A stretch of DNA of 63,788 bases, filler included, from Stramenopiles sp. TOSAG23-2 (GCA_900128395.1; 9 parts of 9 records of this genome joined end to end with filler, not necessarily neighbours in it), one strand, 5' to 3'; shown: positions 47,433-59,419, counted from the first letter of the whole stretch. The notes: a model not told the origin generated them from the sequence alone. Numbers and translations: made by a program.

Positions 47433-49856
47433 ATGTCTCCCATCACTATGTCTTCATCCTCCACTGTTATATTTCATCGTCACCAACAATCAACGTTAGT
47501 ATTATTACTATTACTAAGTATATTGTTATATATAAGCCCTATCCATTGTGTTAAACCAAAAGGTGAAAGCAAAGCATTATTAAGAGTTCTAAATGATGTA
47601 GACAATGTATTGAGTAAAGAAACCAAAGTCTTAGAAGAACTTCAAGCTAATCGTTTTAAGGAGAAGAAGTATTATGAAATCGTTGACGGTGATTGTAAAT
47701 GTTCAAACTGGAACCCATTATCAAAATGTGGTGATAATAGTGAGTGTAAGCCAGATGCACAATATAAAAATCCTTGCAAACATACATGCATTTGCGAAGA
47801 AGATTTAGCCAACCCAGAATGTAGATGCGCTAAAGAGGTCCCAAAACCAGCAACGTTTGAAGAAACGTTGAAAGAAAGTGGTGACAAATGTGCAGATTGG
47901 TGTAATTGTATGGCAGATGAACTATTATACGGTTTAACTCACTCTTTGCCATATGACGCAGATGATCATGGCTTATATCACTTTAAAAAAGTTGATAGGA
48001 AAGACTCAGTTTTTAAAATAGATAAAGAAACCAAAAAATGGCAAATATCTTATAGTCATAGGTTTAAAAAAAACAGTAAAAAATTTGTTACTAGTAAGGC
48101 ATTTATTAACATAGATGATGAAGAGAATAAAGGTAAACTGGACAAATTAACAAAGAAAGACTTCGAGGCCAAATTAGCAATTGATTTATTGCAATATTTT
48201 AAAAATCAACCCGATGATAGGCCAACGCATGCAAACCCATTGGAAAGACAACGTAATGAACGATGTAATATTTTAAAGAACCCGAAAGAATGCAAACAAG
48301 ATGAAACGTGTGAATGGCACTTTTTTATGGGTGCTAAACCAACATGCCAAGCAAAAGATCCATGTTTTAAATATGATGACGATGAAGAAGCGTGTAAAGC
48401 TGATGAGTTATGTACAACTGGAACTATAAGGCATGGTCTCAAATTTTACAGTTGTTCCATCGCAAATCCAGCTGATCAACCTCACAACTCCGCAAAAGCC
48501 AGTGAAGATGCTGAAATGTGTTATAAATCGTTAAAAATACCACAATGCAGCTGTAGGAAAACTAAATGTTCCTTAGCACTAGCAAAACGATTTGTAAAAG
48601 TTGCTGATGATATGCGCCGTATGACTACATCAAAGCAAAGTAAGGATTCGTTACTAGATAATTTTCAATTTGCATTGGATATGCTGGGAATGTTGCCGGG
48701 CATAGGCGAAGTTACCGATATTTTGAGTGGGGCTTTATACGGAGCAAGAAAAATGTGGAAAGATATGCTTTTATCATTCATATCACTTATGCCTGGTGTA
48801 GGTCAAATTATAGGGAAATTACGTTTGGCAAGAAAACTGTGTCGTAAATGTTGGGATGGTATTATGTCATCAATCGATTTTGTTTTAAGTTCTGGTATTT
48901 TAATAGATGTATTGAAAGAATTATGGTTGATGGTAAAAAAAGGATTAACTGGAAAAATAAAAAGCATACTCAAATCAATAATAGCATTTGGTAAACGATT
49001 TACCTCTGCAATAATTCATCCAGTCATAATAGCAAATAAAGGTACAATTGCATTTTTAAAAGCTGCAAAAAACAAAAACGTGAAAGGTGGTGAAGAAAAA
49101 GCTATAATAGATTATACAGCAGATATTATTTTAAAAATGGCTGAAAATAAAAATTGTAATGTAAACCGATTTCAAGTAGAGCTTCTAGAACTTGTACAGC
49201 AAGTTTTACCAAATTTAAATAGTGTAGCAAAAAAGTTTGATCAAGATCATTTAATCCCTGCAGGCAGTTTTTTAGCAGCTATATATCCATGCATATTGCA
49301 TTTAGAACATATAAAAAAAGAAGATTGTAAAGTAGCTCAAGAAAATATTGTCAAAGGAAGAGAAGCTCTCGTTAATCGAATACCTGGTTTAAGACAATGT
49401 TTAGTTGGTAAAGTTTCTACTTTGCATGATCATATAAGTGGTAAATTTGATGCAAATCAAGTTAAAATTAATCCAATGGATGAAAAATGTGATGATCAGG
49501 AAGGAACAGAGGATAGCGATTGTTTGCATAATGTAAATGGAAAATGCACAGTCACCGCTGCATGTCCTGGAGCGCAACGTGCCCCAGGTCATTGTTCAGA
49601 GGATGGTATTATTTGTTGTTTACATCCACCGAAAAAAGAACCAGATAATAATAGTAGTTTTATTGAATTGCAAGAAACTTCCACAACAATTTACAATAAC
49701 GTTGATAAAAAGAATTTAGTAAATGAAGCACACGAAGCTATGTTTGATTTGTTTGACAATACTGTTGATGATATGATTGCAATAGATAATTCAAAAAGTA
49801 GATATGAACATAGCTTAGAATTATTGGAAATAATGAGTGCAAATAGAGAAAAATAG
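47433..49856 (+). CDS. Secreted Cys-rich multidomain protein with a central PT-TG-like hydrophobic segment
   Basis: Signal peptide (LVLLLLLSILLYISPIHC). Several Cys clusters. ALDMLGMLPGIGEVTDILSGALY...LLSFISLMPGVG. C-terminal C...CPG....GHC.....ICC module. Confidence 0.8.
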   Translation: MSPITMSSSSTVIFHRHQQSTLVLLLLLSILLYISPIHCVKPKGESKALLRVLNDVDNVLSKETKVLEELQANRFKEKKYYEIVDGDCKCSNWNPLSKCGDNSECKPDAQYKNPCKHTCICEEDLANPECRCAKEVPKPATFEETLKESGDKCADWCNCMADELLYGLTHSLPYDADDHGLYHFKKVDRKDSVFKIDKETKKWQISYSHRFKKNSKKFVTSKAFINIDDEENKGKLDKLTKKDFEAKLAIDLLQYFKNQPDDRPTHANPLERQRNERCNILKNPKECKQDETCEWHFFMGAKPTCQAKDPCFKYDDDEEACKADELCTTGTIRHGLKFYSCSIANPADQPHNSAKASEDAEMCYKSLKIPQCSCRKTKCSLALAKRFVKVADDMRRMTTSKQSKDSLLDNFQFALDMLGMLPGIGEVTDILSGALYGARKMWKDMLLSFISLMPGVGQIIGKLRLARKLCRKCWDGIMSSIDFVLSSGILIDVLKELWLMVKKGLTGKIKSILKSIIAFGKRFTSAIIHPVIIANKGTIAFLKAAKNKNVKGGEEKAIIDYTADIILKMAENKNCNVNRFQVELLELVQQVLPNLNSVAKKFDQDHLIPAGSFLAAIYPCILHLEHIKKEDCKVAQENIVKGREALVNRIPGLRQCLVGKVSTLHDHISGKFDANQVKINPMDEKCDDQEGTEDSDCLHNVNGKCTVTAACPGAQRAPGHCSEDGIICCLHPPKKEPDNNSSFIELQETSTTIYNNVDKKNLVNEAHEAMFDLFDNTVDDMIAIDNSKSRYEHSLELLEIMSANREK

Positions 49857-50020
49857 TAGAGTCGGAAGAGAAAATTGGGAAACAAGGGGTGTGTGCTGAG
49901 GTTTTTTTAATATTACAAATGTAGAACACAAGATTTTTTCTTTAATATTTACGAAGTAAAAATAAAAAATGACATTAATTTAACAAAAAATAACTGGTAT
50001 AATATTTTTTCCTGCTTTTT

Positions 50021-51305
50021 TTACTCTTTAAAACCACCACCACCACCACCACCTTTACGCATGTTGTTAAAATCTTTTCGAAATTTCATATCACCACCAC
50101 CTCCACCACCATGAATTGTATTTCTAACATGTGCTTTTCCCAATGCTGTTAATACACTAGCACTTGTTTGAGCCATTTGCATTGGATTTATACCATTATT
50201 ATTATTTTTACTATTTATCAACAGAGTACTACCAGTGGTACCAAAATTAGGATATGCGCGCGTTGGAGATGGTGTATTGATTGTATTATTTAAATCATTT
50301 TTTTTCGGTGTTGATTGACTAATATTTAAATAATCAAAATCATCTTCCACATCATGATTGCCATAATATAAATTAGCAGCTTTATCATCATCATTATTAT
50401 TAATATTATTACTGCCAATAACTTCTCTTAATTTCCCCTCTTCTTGGCAAAATTCTTGAAGCAATTGTACCCTTGCGTTTGACCATTGTCGACGATTATC
50501 ACGTTCTGATTCAAGGGCATTTTCTAAATGTGAGATTCGCTCTAATAATTCTTTTCGACTTTTAGCTTCTCTATCTTCCACTTCTCGTGTTCTTACTTGC
50601 AATACTTCCCCTAATACTCGCAATTCGCCTAATGTACGATGTGAACTTTCTAATTCAGCCCTTAAGACACCTGTAATAAATAGTTTACATGTGTTTTATA
50701 TTATAAATATATACCATATTACAATAAATATATATATCATATTATTTATTTATTTTTTTGTTGAATATTCATAATGTTAGAAATATATTAATGTATATAT
50801 ATATATATAATGGGTGGGTAGAGATATACATACGAATTTCTTGTTCTGAATCTTCCATTACTTTTTCTGCATGTTCTCTTTTCTGTGTTTCACTTTTCAA
50901 TTCATCAACCATATCAATCATTAATTTTCGTTGTTTCTCCATCTCTGTATTTGAAAAATCAATCGTTTCCGATGCATGATTAATTTTCAATTTCAAATCT
51001 TCATTTAATGCTTTCAATGTTTCATTTTCTTTCATTAAATTATTTTTATCCATCTCTAATTTATGAACAATATCAATATATTCATGAGATGATTTCATTA
51101 CTTCTTTTAATTTATTATCACTATCTTGTTTATGATACGTTAATTTTGTTACTTGTTCTTCTTCTCGTTGTTGTTGTTGTGTCATTATCGTCAGTAAGTA
51201 ACGATGCCATTTTAATCTCTTTTTTGTGTTGATAATGTTTGTATTAAATTTTTCTTTCTTTCTTTCTGTTTCTACACGACGACGACTATCTATGTCATCT
51301 ATCAT
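50021..51305 (-). CDS. Coiled-coil protein (2 exons, intron 50671-50833; start 51305 or 51185)
   Basis: Splice C|GTATGT...TTACAG|GT gives EQEIRVLRAELESSHRTLGELRVLGEVLQ in frame. Heptad-rich sequence. Confidence 0.7.
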
Positions 51306-51361
51306 CTTTCGTATCTCTTTTTATTATTTTATTAATTCAAAAATGTTGTATAGTAGTTGAG

Positions 51362-51552
51362 CACCGATTTTCGGTACAAAGTTTTTATTATACTTAAACA
51401 CTATATTTCCTATCAAACAAACAAATTAATCCAAAACTCATCACACTCGAAATTTATATTGTAAACTAAAACCTGAAAACCGACTTAATTTGTGTATTTG
51501 ATAGGTAATATAGTGTTTAAGTATACTAACAAATGTGTACCGACAATCGGTG
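51362..51552. mobile_element. MITE-like element / long imperfect inverted repeat
   Basis: ~68-bp arms: caccgattttcggtac...tatacttaaacactatat..cctatcaaa...acaaattaa versus ttaatttgt...tttgatagg..atatagtgtttaagtata...gtaccgacaatcggtg. Spacer ~55 bp. No clear target-site duplication. Confidence 0.6.
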
Positions 51553-51595
51553 ACTGGCCGGCCCTGCCGGCACCCGGCACAGAAAATAAAATGGG

Positions 51596-51932
51596 CCTAA
51601 TGGGGTCCATTATCCATAAAAGTGATGCGCCTACACAGCACTGGTTATTTGTTCATTGCCAATAACCAGTCCTGTGTACCTGTTAATCCGGAAATCGGTA
51701 GGAAAATATCATATATTGAAGTACAATAATTAGTAGTCTAAATAAGAATCACAGAAATTGAAAGCATTTTGCTCCTATAACCCTACCTAATGGGGTCCAT
51801 TATCCATAAAAGTGATGCGCCTACACAGCACTGGTTATTTGTTCATTGCCAATAACCAGTCCTGTGTACCTGTTAATCCGGAAGTCGGTAGGAAAATATC
51901 ATATATTGAAGTATAATAATTTGTAATCTAAA
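51596..51932. repeat. Direct repeat of ~150 bp (190-bp period), each copy with a 10-bp hairpin
   Basis: cctaatggggtccattatcc...gaagta at about 51596 and 51786 with a few substitutions. Stem actggttatt/aataaccagt. Confidence 0.8.
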
Positions 51933-53011
51933 TCACACAATAAAATATTACCTTAATTTACTGTAGAATTGTCGCTTTTCATTGAAATAATATCCAATTA
52001 TTTATTATATCCAAATCTAAAATATCTGATCTTGGCTATACTAACACAATCTTCCAATTCTATGTTGAATTCTTTTATTGTTTTCAAGTTCTGTTTTTTT
52101 TTCGTTCAAACATACAAAAAAAAAAGCAACAAGAAAAAAAAAAAAAAAAGATGAAAAAAACAACCAATTAAAAATGGATATATTTTACCTAAAATTTAGC
52201 AATTATTTTGTCAAATTTATTAATCTATTATATTTTGAGAGTATTATATTACAGTTATAATTATTATAATTTATATGATATATAAAAAACACTGCCAAAA
52301 TATCTTTACACTAGCACGGATATTTGTTGCACCATTGTTACGAAGGGTCCATTANNNNNNNNNNNNNNNNNNNNNNNNNNNNNNNNNNNNNNNNNNNNTT
52401 AATTAATTAANNNNNNNNNNNNNNNNNNNNNNNNNNNNNNNNNNNNNNNNNNNNTATTAAAAGTCCATTGTTATATGATTTTTTAGGTATACCAACGTGA
52501 GAAATGTGTGTGTGTGTATATATATATATATATGTAAATTTGTACATGTATGTGTATGAATGTTTTGAAAATTTTCGTTGTTATAATATGTCTGTGAGAT
52601 GAAAAGGAACGCAAGAGTGTTATTTATATATATATATGTTTTATTTCAATTTGGATTTTAAATTTTTATTATTATATTATAAATAATTTTTATTTGTATT
52701 GATGTGCAAAACCCACACGCATGTCATGAACGATTGAAAAATGAATGATGAAGAAGAAATATATATGATATTTTGTGGAAAGAAGATGTGTGCGCATGGA
52801 AATTTTGAGAGAGATCGGTTTCATACAATGCATGTAAAAATTTTGATAATAGAAAACAAACATTAAATTCTATATTTATTCTAAAGAACACGCGCCTTTT
52901 TCTCCTTCTTAATGCACCTCTTTCAAATAATAATTAACAACCATTTAAAGCAAAGCTATTGTCGATTAATGTAAGACACTTCTTCTTTCTAGAAATATTT
53001 TCAAATGATAT

Positions 53012-53308
53012 TTATTTAATATTATTATTACCATCCAATTGATTATCAAATTCGTCTAACATATCTTGATTTTGTTTCATTAAATCTTCTTTTATTTGTT
53101 TTACATGGTTTAATTCGTTGATAGCGGTTTCTTTTTCAAATTTTAAATCCAATCTTTCTTCTTCAACTTTCTGTTTTAACATTGCTAAATTTTGTTCTGC
53201 TTTCAATCGTTTTGCTTTTGCAACTTCTAAATCTGAATATTTCCTATGATTTTTCAATATATAAATTCCATCCGATACAATTTCTTTTATCATTTTCCAT
53301 CGTGACAT
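53012..53308 (-). CDS. Short coiled-coil protein (possibly a last exon)
   Basis: 98-aa charged heptad ORF in otherwise non-coding AT-rich sequence. Confidence 0.5.
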   Translation of the reverse strand: MSRWKMIKEIVSDGIYILKNHRKYSDLEVAKAKRLKAEQNLAMLKQKVEEERLDLKFEKETAINELNHVKQIKEDLMKQNQDMLDEFDNQLDGNNNIK

Positions 53309-54133
53309 GTTTATATATATACATATATATATATTATTATTATTATTTTGTGAAGTAGGATGTGAATGATTGAGTTGAGGAATATGATATGTAGTATTTA
53401 CAGAAATAATGAAATGTGTATTATACTTATGATGTTTGGATATTTTCTTATTTATAAAATATAAAATAAAAATGTAATATATATATATATATAAATGCTT
53501 TTTACGGTAATAATTTCTTCTTTTTTTAGTAGTTTAAGGTTATTTTTTATTAATTTTACCTATCTTAATCTCATATACTATACTCTGGGGATAGTATTTT
53601 TAGCAGGTAATAGTTTCAGTAGTGTCAAGTACAAAATATATAGGAAAAAGAGTCTTATGGTAACAGTTTAAAAGTTAACATCCTTGTATTGTATTTGGGA
53701 AAAATATGTCGAAAATCAACGAGGCAGATGGTACATGGTGGATGTTGTTGTGGACCTTGTAAGGTTTTGGAGGACGCTAGGGTTCTAGAGACCGCCCCGT
53801 TATATGATGAAGTTGCAACTGAACCTATGCCTAATGATATGCACCGTTGATAATAATAATGATGTCATATATATATTTATTAAATATATTACGCTACAGA
53901 CCCTATACTATCTTACTTCTTCCTATTCTTCTTTCTATTCTTCTTCTTCTCCCTTAACAACATTTTCTCACGTGCTTTTTCTTTATGTNNNNNNNNNNNN
54001 NNNNNNNNNNNNNNNNNNNNNNNNNNNNNNNNTTAATTAATTAANNNNNNNNNNNNNNNNNNNNNNNNNNNNNNNNNNNNNNNNNNNNCGTCATTCATGT
54101 TTGATTGTTATCGTTCTTATTATCTTGTTTTTG

Positions 54134-55622
54134 TTATGTTTCACCTTTGCCATCTATGTTCTCGTACCATAAGATTTTATTATCAAGACCAGACGCTGAT
54201 ATTAAATCTACATCTCCATCATTATCAATATCTGATGCAATAACGCTTGTAGCTCCATTTGCTTCTATTGTAACCATTTGTTCTGTCCCAAATGTACCTT
54301 TTCCATCTGTATTTTCGTACCATGCAATTTTATTAGCCAATGATACTGCTATTATCAAATCCATATCACCATCATTATCTATATCAGATGCAACGGCTTT
54401 GATAATAAGCAACTGTTGTAAATTATCAGTAATTCGTTGCCTTTGTGCAAACGTACCAGTCCCATTTATGTTCTTATACCATCTGGAATCCAGGTATGAT
54501 GTTGATATTAAATCTACATAACCATCATTATCTATATCTGATGCAATTATGCTAAAATACCCACCTATCCCACCCTGGGGTAAAGAAGTTGCAACTACTT
54601 GTTGTGGTCCAAATGTACCTTTACCATCTATATTCTCATACCATGCAATTTTATAATCATACACAGATGTTGATATTAAATCTATATCTCCATCATTATC
54701 GACATCTGATGCAAATATATTACTGGCGCCATTTGCATCTGTTGTGACATTTTGTTGTGGTCCAAATGTACCTTTACCATCTATATTCTCATACCACGCA
54801 ACTTTATTATCACCAAAAGATGTTGATGCTAAATCCATATCGCCGTCGTTATCAATATCAGATGCAAATATGCCTGTATTACTACCTGATATCCAACCTT
54901 CGGATGGACCCATAGCATCTCTTGTAACAATCTGTTGCGGTCCAAATATACCTTTACCATCTATGTTCTCATACCACATAAGTTTATTATCAGTGAATGA
55001 TGCTGCTATCAAATCATTATCACCATCATTATCTACATCAGAAGCAATTATGTTTACAACTTGTGTTGTCTCTGTTGCAACAATCTGTGCCGACCCAAAG
55101 GCATATTTAATAGCAGTATTTTCATACCATGCAATTTTATCATCAGAAGATGATGCTGATACTAAATCCATTTTCCCATTATTATCTATGTCAGATGCAA
55201 TTATATTACGGGGACTCATCACACTGGTTGTAACAATCTCCTGCGGTCCAAATGCACCCTTACCATCCGTGTTCTCATACCATGCGATTATACCGGTTCC
55301 TCCAGTATCATATGTACTTTCCACTGCATCAATATAAGATGCTGATGCTATATCAATATCTCCATCATTATCCATATCAGATGCGAGCACACTTCGAGCA
55401 CCGTTTGCATTTGCTGTAACTATTTGTTGTGGTCCGAACGTACCTTTACCATCTATGTTCTCATACCATGCAATTGTAGAAGATGCTGATATTAAATCAA
55501 TATCACCATCCTTATCAATATCAATTGCAAATACACTTCGAGCATCAACCGCATCTGTTGTAACTATTTGTTGTGGTCCAAATGTACCTTTACCATCTAT
55601 ATTCTCATACCATGCAATTTTA
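54134..55622 (-). CDS. FG-GAP/VCBS repeat beta-propeller protein (partial, open at contig edge)
   Basis: About nine repeats of ASDIDNDGD.DL.SAS..D.KIAWYEN.DGKG.FG.QQ. The frame stays open up to 55622. Confidence 0.88.
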
Positions 55623-55722
55623 NNNNNNNNNNNNNNNNNNNNNNNNNNNNNNNNNNNNNNNNNNNNTTAATTAATTAANNNNNNNNNNNNNNNNNNNNNN
55701 NNNNNNNNNNNNNNNNNNNNNN

Positions 55723-57256
55723 AGTTATTCCAATCGTCTATCAATCTATGCAACCTATCAATATTATTATGCACACAAAGCTCTCTTCGAAGTGCTAGTA
55801 ATGGTACTTTGGGGGAATACCAATAATTTATTGCAGTCCATTTAGCCTTGCCTTCACCACGATCTCCTACAACCAGATTAAGACAAGCCTCTTTGCTATC
55901 CATTGAATTCCCTATGTCATGGGAACATACACCAGCATTCAAACATGTTGTGTTTGTTTTCAACGAGAGGTCTGGGGCACAAAATCCATCTGTCTCAGAT
56001 GCATTTGCCATATTGTATACATCAGATCGTCTTGATTTAAAATGGAAAGAGTTGTCTTTCTTCAAAAACTCGATACCTTTTAAACGCAGCGGTTTCGTAT
56101 TATTGGTGCTTGTGCTTTGTTTAGAAGTATTTTCATGATGGTGATAGTGGCTAAAAATACCCACTTTGTGAAGTTCATATCCAACGCCTTTAAATTTGTG
56201 CGCGTAATAAAAGCTTTTTTTGCCAAATATATTGCATGATTTACCAACATATCCTTTCTCACAAGTGCATTTTTTGGTTTTAAAATCACAAGTCCCATGT
56301 CCAGAAAAATTTGTGCGCGTAATAAAAGCTTTTTTTGCCAAATATATTGCATGATTTACCAACATATCCTTTCTCACAAGTGCATTTTTTGGTTTTAAAA
56401 TCACAAGTCCCATGTCCAGAACACGCCTTCCCGTTACAAGCTGGGCACGTGATTGGTGCTACATCGGCACACGAGTCACCTTGCCATCCCTCGTTACATA
56501 TACATTTGTTGTCGTTGTTGCAGAGACCATGGTTTGAGCATAAACCAGGACGGAACGTTTCTTGGTCAATACCACTTTGACACGACATGCCATTTCCTGG
56601 GCCATCTGAACACGCTTGACCAGTGAAACCACAATCACATCCACACGTAGAATCAACTAAGCAAACACCATGTCCACCACACGTTAAATTTTTATGTTTT
56701 GGGCATCTAGGTACTGGACTTAGCAGATGGCAATCTGGTGTTATCCAGCCAAGAGTACAATTACATCTTTTAGTGTCAAAATCACAGTTGCCATGTCCGG
56801 AGCACATAAGTGAATTTTTGCTTGGGCAACCCCATCCACTAGTCTCCTTCGTCCCTTTTACACTACAATCAGCGCCACTCCAGCCGGCATCGCAACCTAC
56901 GGTGTTCATCAAGGTATCAGAGTAACATATTCCATCTATTTCGCACTCGGCGTGCCCAAAACATGGCTTCTCCTTCGTCCCTTTTACACTACAATCAGCG
57001 CCACTCCAGCCGGCATCGCAACCTACGGTGTTCATCAAGGTATCAGAGTAACATATTCCATCTATTTCGCACTCGGCGTGCCCAAAACATGGCTTTGTCT
57101 CTCCACGGCAACCAACATGATTTAGAATTGATACTTCACAATTGTCTCCGCGATATCCTTTATTACATCCTGGGGTTTTGTGTATTTTGTCGGCGGGGCT
57201 GCAAAACCCATGCAACGTACAAAAGCCATGACCAGAACATACTTGATTTTTATCTT
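55723..57256 (-). CDS. EGF-like (tenascin/teneurin-type) repeat protein, partial
   Basis: Repeated CSGHG.C.....C.C..G(W/F/Y).G..C. An in-frame 126-bp duplication and a frameshifting 115-bp duplication. Open at both contig ends. Confidence 0.85.
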
Positions 57257-57964
57257 NNNNNNNNNNNNNNNNNNNNNNNNNNNNNNNNNNNNNNNNNNNN
57301 TTAATTAATTAANNNNNNNNNNNNNNNNNNNNNNNNNNNNNNNNNNNNNNNNNNNNACATCAACTGCAATTCCAAAATTTATGAAAGAAATGGATAAACA
57401 ATGTGAGATTTATCATGTTAATAAGGAGAAGAACTGAGGATAGGAAGGTGGATGGTTGATGGGGTAGTTTTAATTCAACACACTCACTAAATATATAGCT
57501 GTATGCAGGAATGGTGTTTGTTCTTATTTCTTATTAGTTGTGTTTGTCATTTGAAATTGCCTCTATCATATATAGGATACCTTTTCTCAAAGGGTGAAAG
57601 GCACGTATGATAGGCGATAGGCACTATATGTGATAGGGGGTATATATATATATGGAAGGTGCGTTAACAACTTTGACACTTTGAAACTCTGTTGAAAACT
57701 TTTGGTGTATTTTTGTGGTGCATATGATTGAAGGGAGAGTATTTTGAGTAATCTCTTTTGAGAGTATCATGTGCTGCGTGGTGGAAAGCTGTAAAAGTAT
57801 GTACTGTGGTCGTAGATTGAGCGTGTGGAGAGTGGAGAGGGTTTAGAGGTCGAGGAAATCGAGGGAGAATCGAGTCGTAGAAAAATACGTATTAAATAAC
57901 GGCTCGACGGCTCGTAACGAAAACTTTCTCTATATTACGCATCATGTACACACACACACATTTT

Positions 57965-58889
57965 TTAATGATACTCACAAGCATCTTTATCTGCTTTGCA
58001 CTCCCCATTTACATATTTCACTGCTTTATCCTCACTTTGTCGAAGATTCAATTGAAGTTTATGTGCACGTCGACCTCTTGTAATTGTTTTATCAAACAAT
58101 CGGATATCATTTGGTATATCTAAATGTTTCTCATTTGGATCGATTAATTTTGATTTACCAGCCATTGCAGGATCCGTGATCGTTTGTTGCCCTGTTTCCA
58201 TTTTACCCATAAAAGTTCTTGCAAATGTATTCATATTGCTATTGCTGGTACACGTAGTTGTCGTTTCAACTGTGAAATCATACCAATTTCCACTTGATGC
58301 AATATTAATAGTTTGTGATAATATTATTTTATCTGGATTTAATTTCCATGGTCCACCTAAATGATATGCATTGTCAATAATTTCAGTTGAAAATGTACAA
58401 TCATCATTATTATCGTTACTACTAGGTGGCGATGCCGTAAATATCATATTTTGACCATTTGTATCTTCTTTCATTGCAATATCAATCATCCTGCCTCTAT
58501 TACCCTCATCAACATTATTATTATGATGATTCAAACCACCTTGGTACAAACGTACAAAACCATTTGGTCCATATAATCCTAAATCAAATCCCCCATTTTT
58601 AGCACCATCATCTACTACCATCTTCCATGTATCATTTAATTCTTTCCCTGCTTCAATACTATATTTTTTCGGAGGATCCATTCCCTTGCCATCACTTGTA
58701 GAGTAATCATATACATGAAATACCACACCTGCAGTGCCAATATTTTTCATAGTTAATGTCAATGATTTACCATCCGATGAAAATGAATCTTGAATATCAA
58801 ATTGATAAGGCAATGGACGTGCCACTTTCGTACCTTCCTCTTGACTTGGCATCGATTGTTGTATTGGTACACGTGGACTTGGTAAATCT
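57965..58889 (-). CDS. C-terminal part of a bacterial-type phosphocholine phospholipase C (PlcN/PlcH-like, tandem DUF756 domains)
   Basis: PSQEEGTKVARPLPY, GVVFHVYD, YSIEAGKELNDTW, FDLGLYGPNGFVR, SSGNWYDFTV, FARTFMGKMETG..TITDPAM. The 5' end is cut by the contig edge. Confidence 0.85.
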
Positions 58890-59419
58890 NNNNNNNNNNN
58901 NNNNNNNNNNNNNNNNNNNNNNNNNNNNNNNNNTTAATTAATTAANNNNNNNNNNNNNNNNNNNNNNNNNNNNNNNNNNNNNNNNNNNNCATGGCTGGTG
59001 GCCATGAAGTGTATCAACGTTTACCCTGGGGGTAGCGGATACCGTATGAAACGATTACCTTCAATAACCACAGTAATCAAAGCGTTAGCATTACATGCAA
59101 AGGCGGATAGTAGATTTGATGAATCAAACCAAATTAACCACTTGGAAGATCTACTATACTCCGAAACTAAAGGAAATTATGAAAAAACGTCTAGATAATG
59201 GTTTGATTTGTATCGAAGAATTAATACTAAATGGAAATTTAAAAACTAATATGGTGAACAAACGTTTACAAGTCTTAAAACCTATCGTTATAAATAATGC
59301 AATAAGTTGCATTGAAATATGTTTTAAAAAATCGACGACAAAGCAATTTAGAGAATTGAAAAAGTTTTTCAACGCCCAAAATAATGAATATGACGTGAAG
59401 AAATTAGATATAATGTCAT

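Noticed and set aside
54134..55622. Periodic DNA repeats suggestive of a CRISPR array
   Set aside because: They are protein-coding FG-GAP repeats with synonymous variation, in a eukaryotic context with no cas genes.
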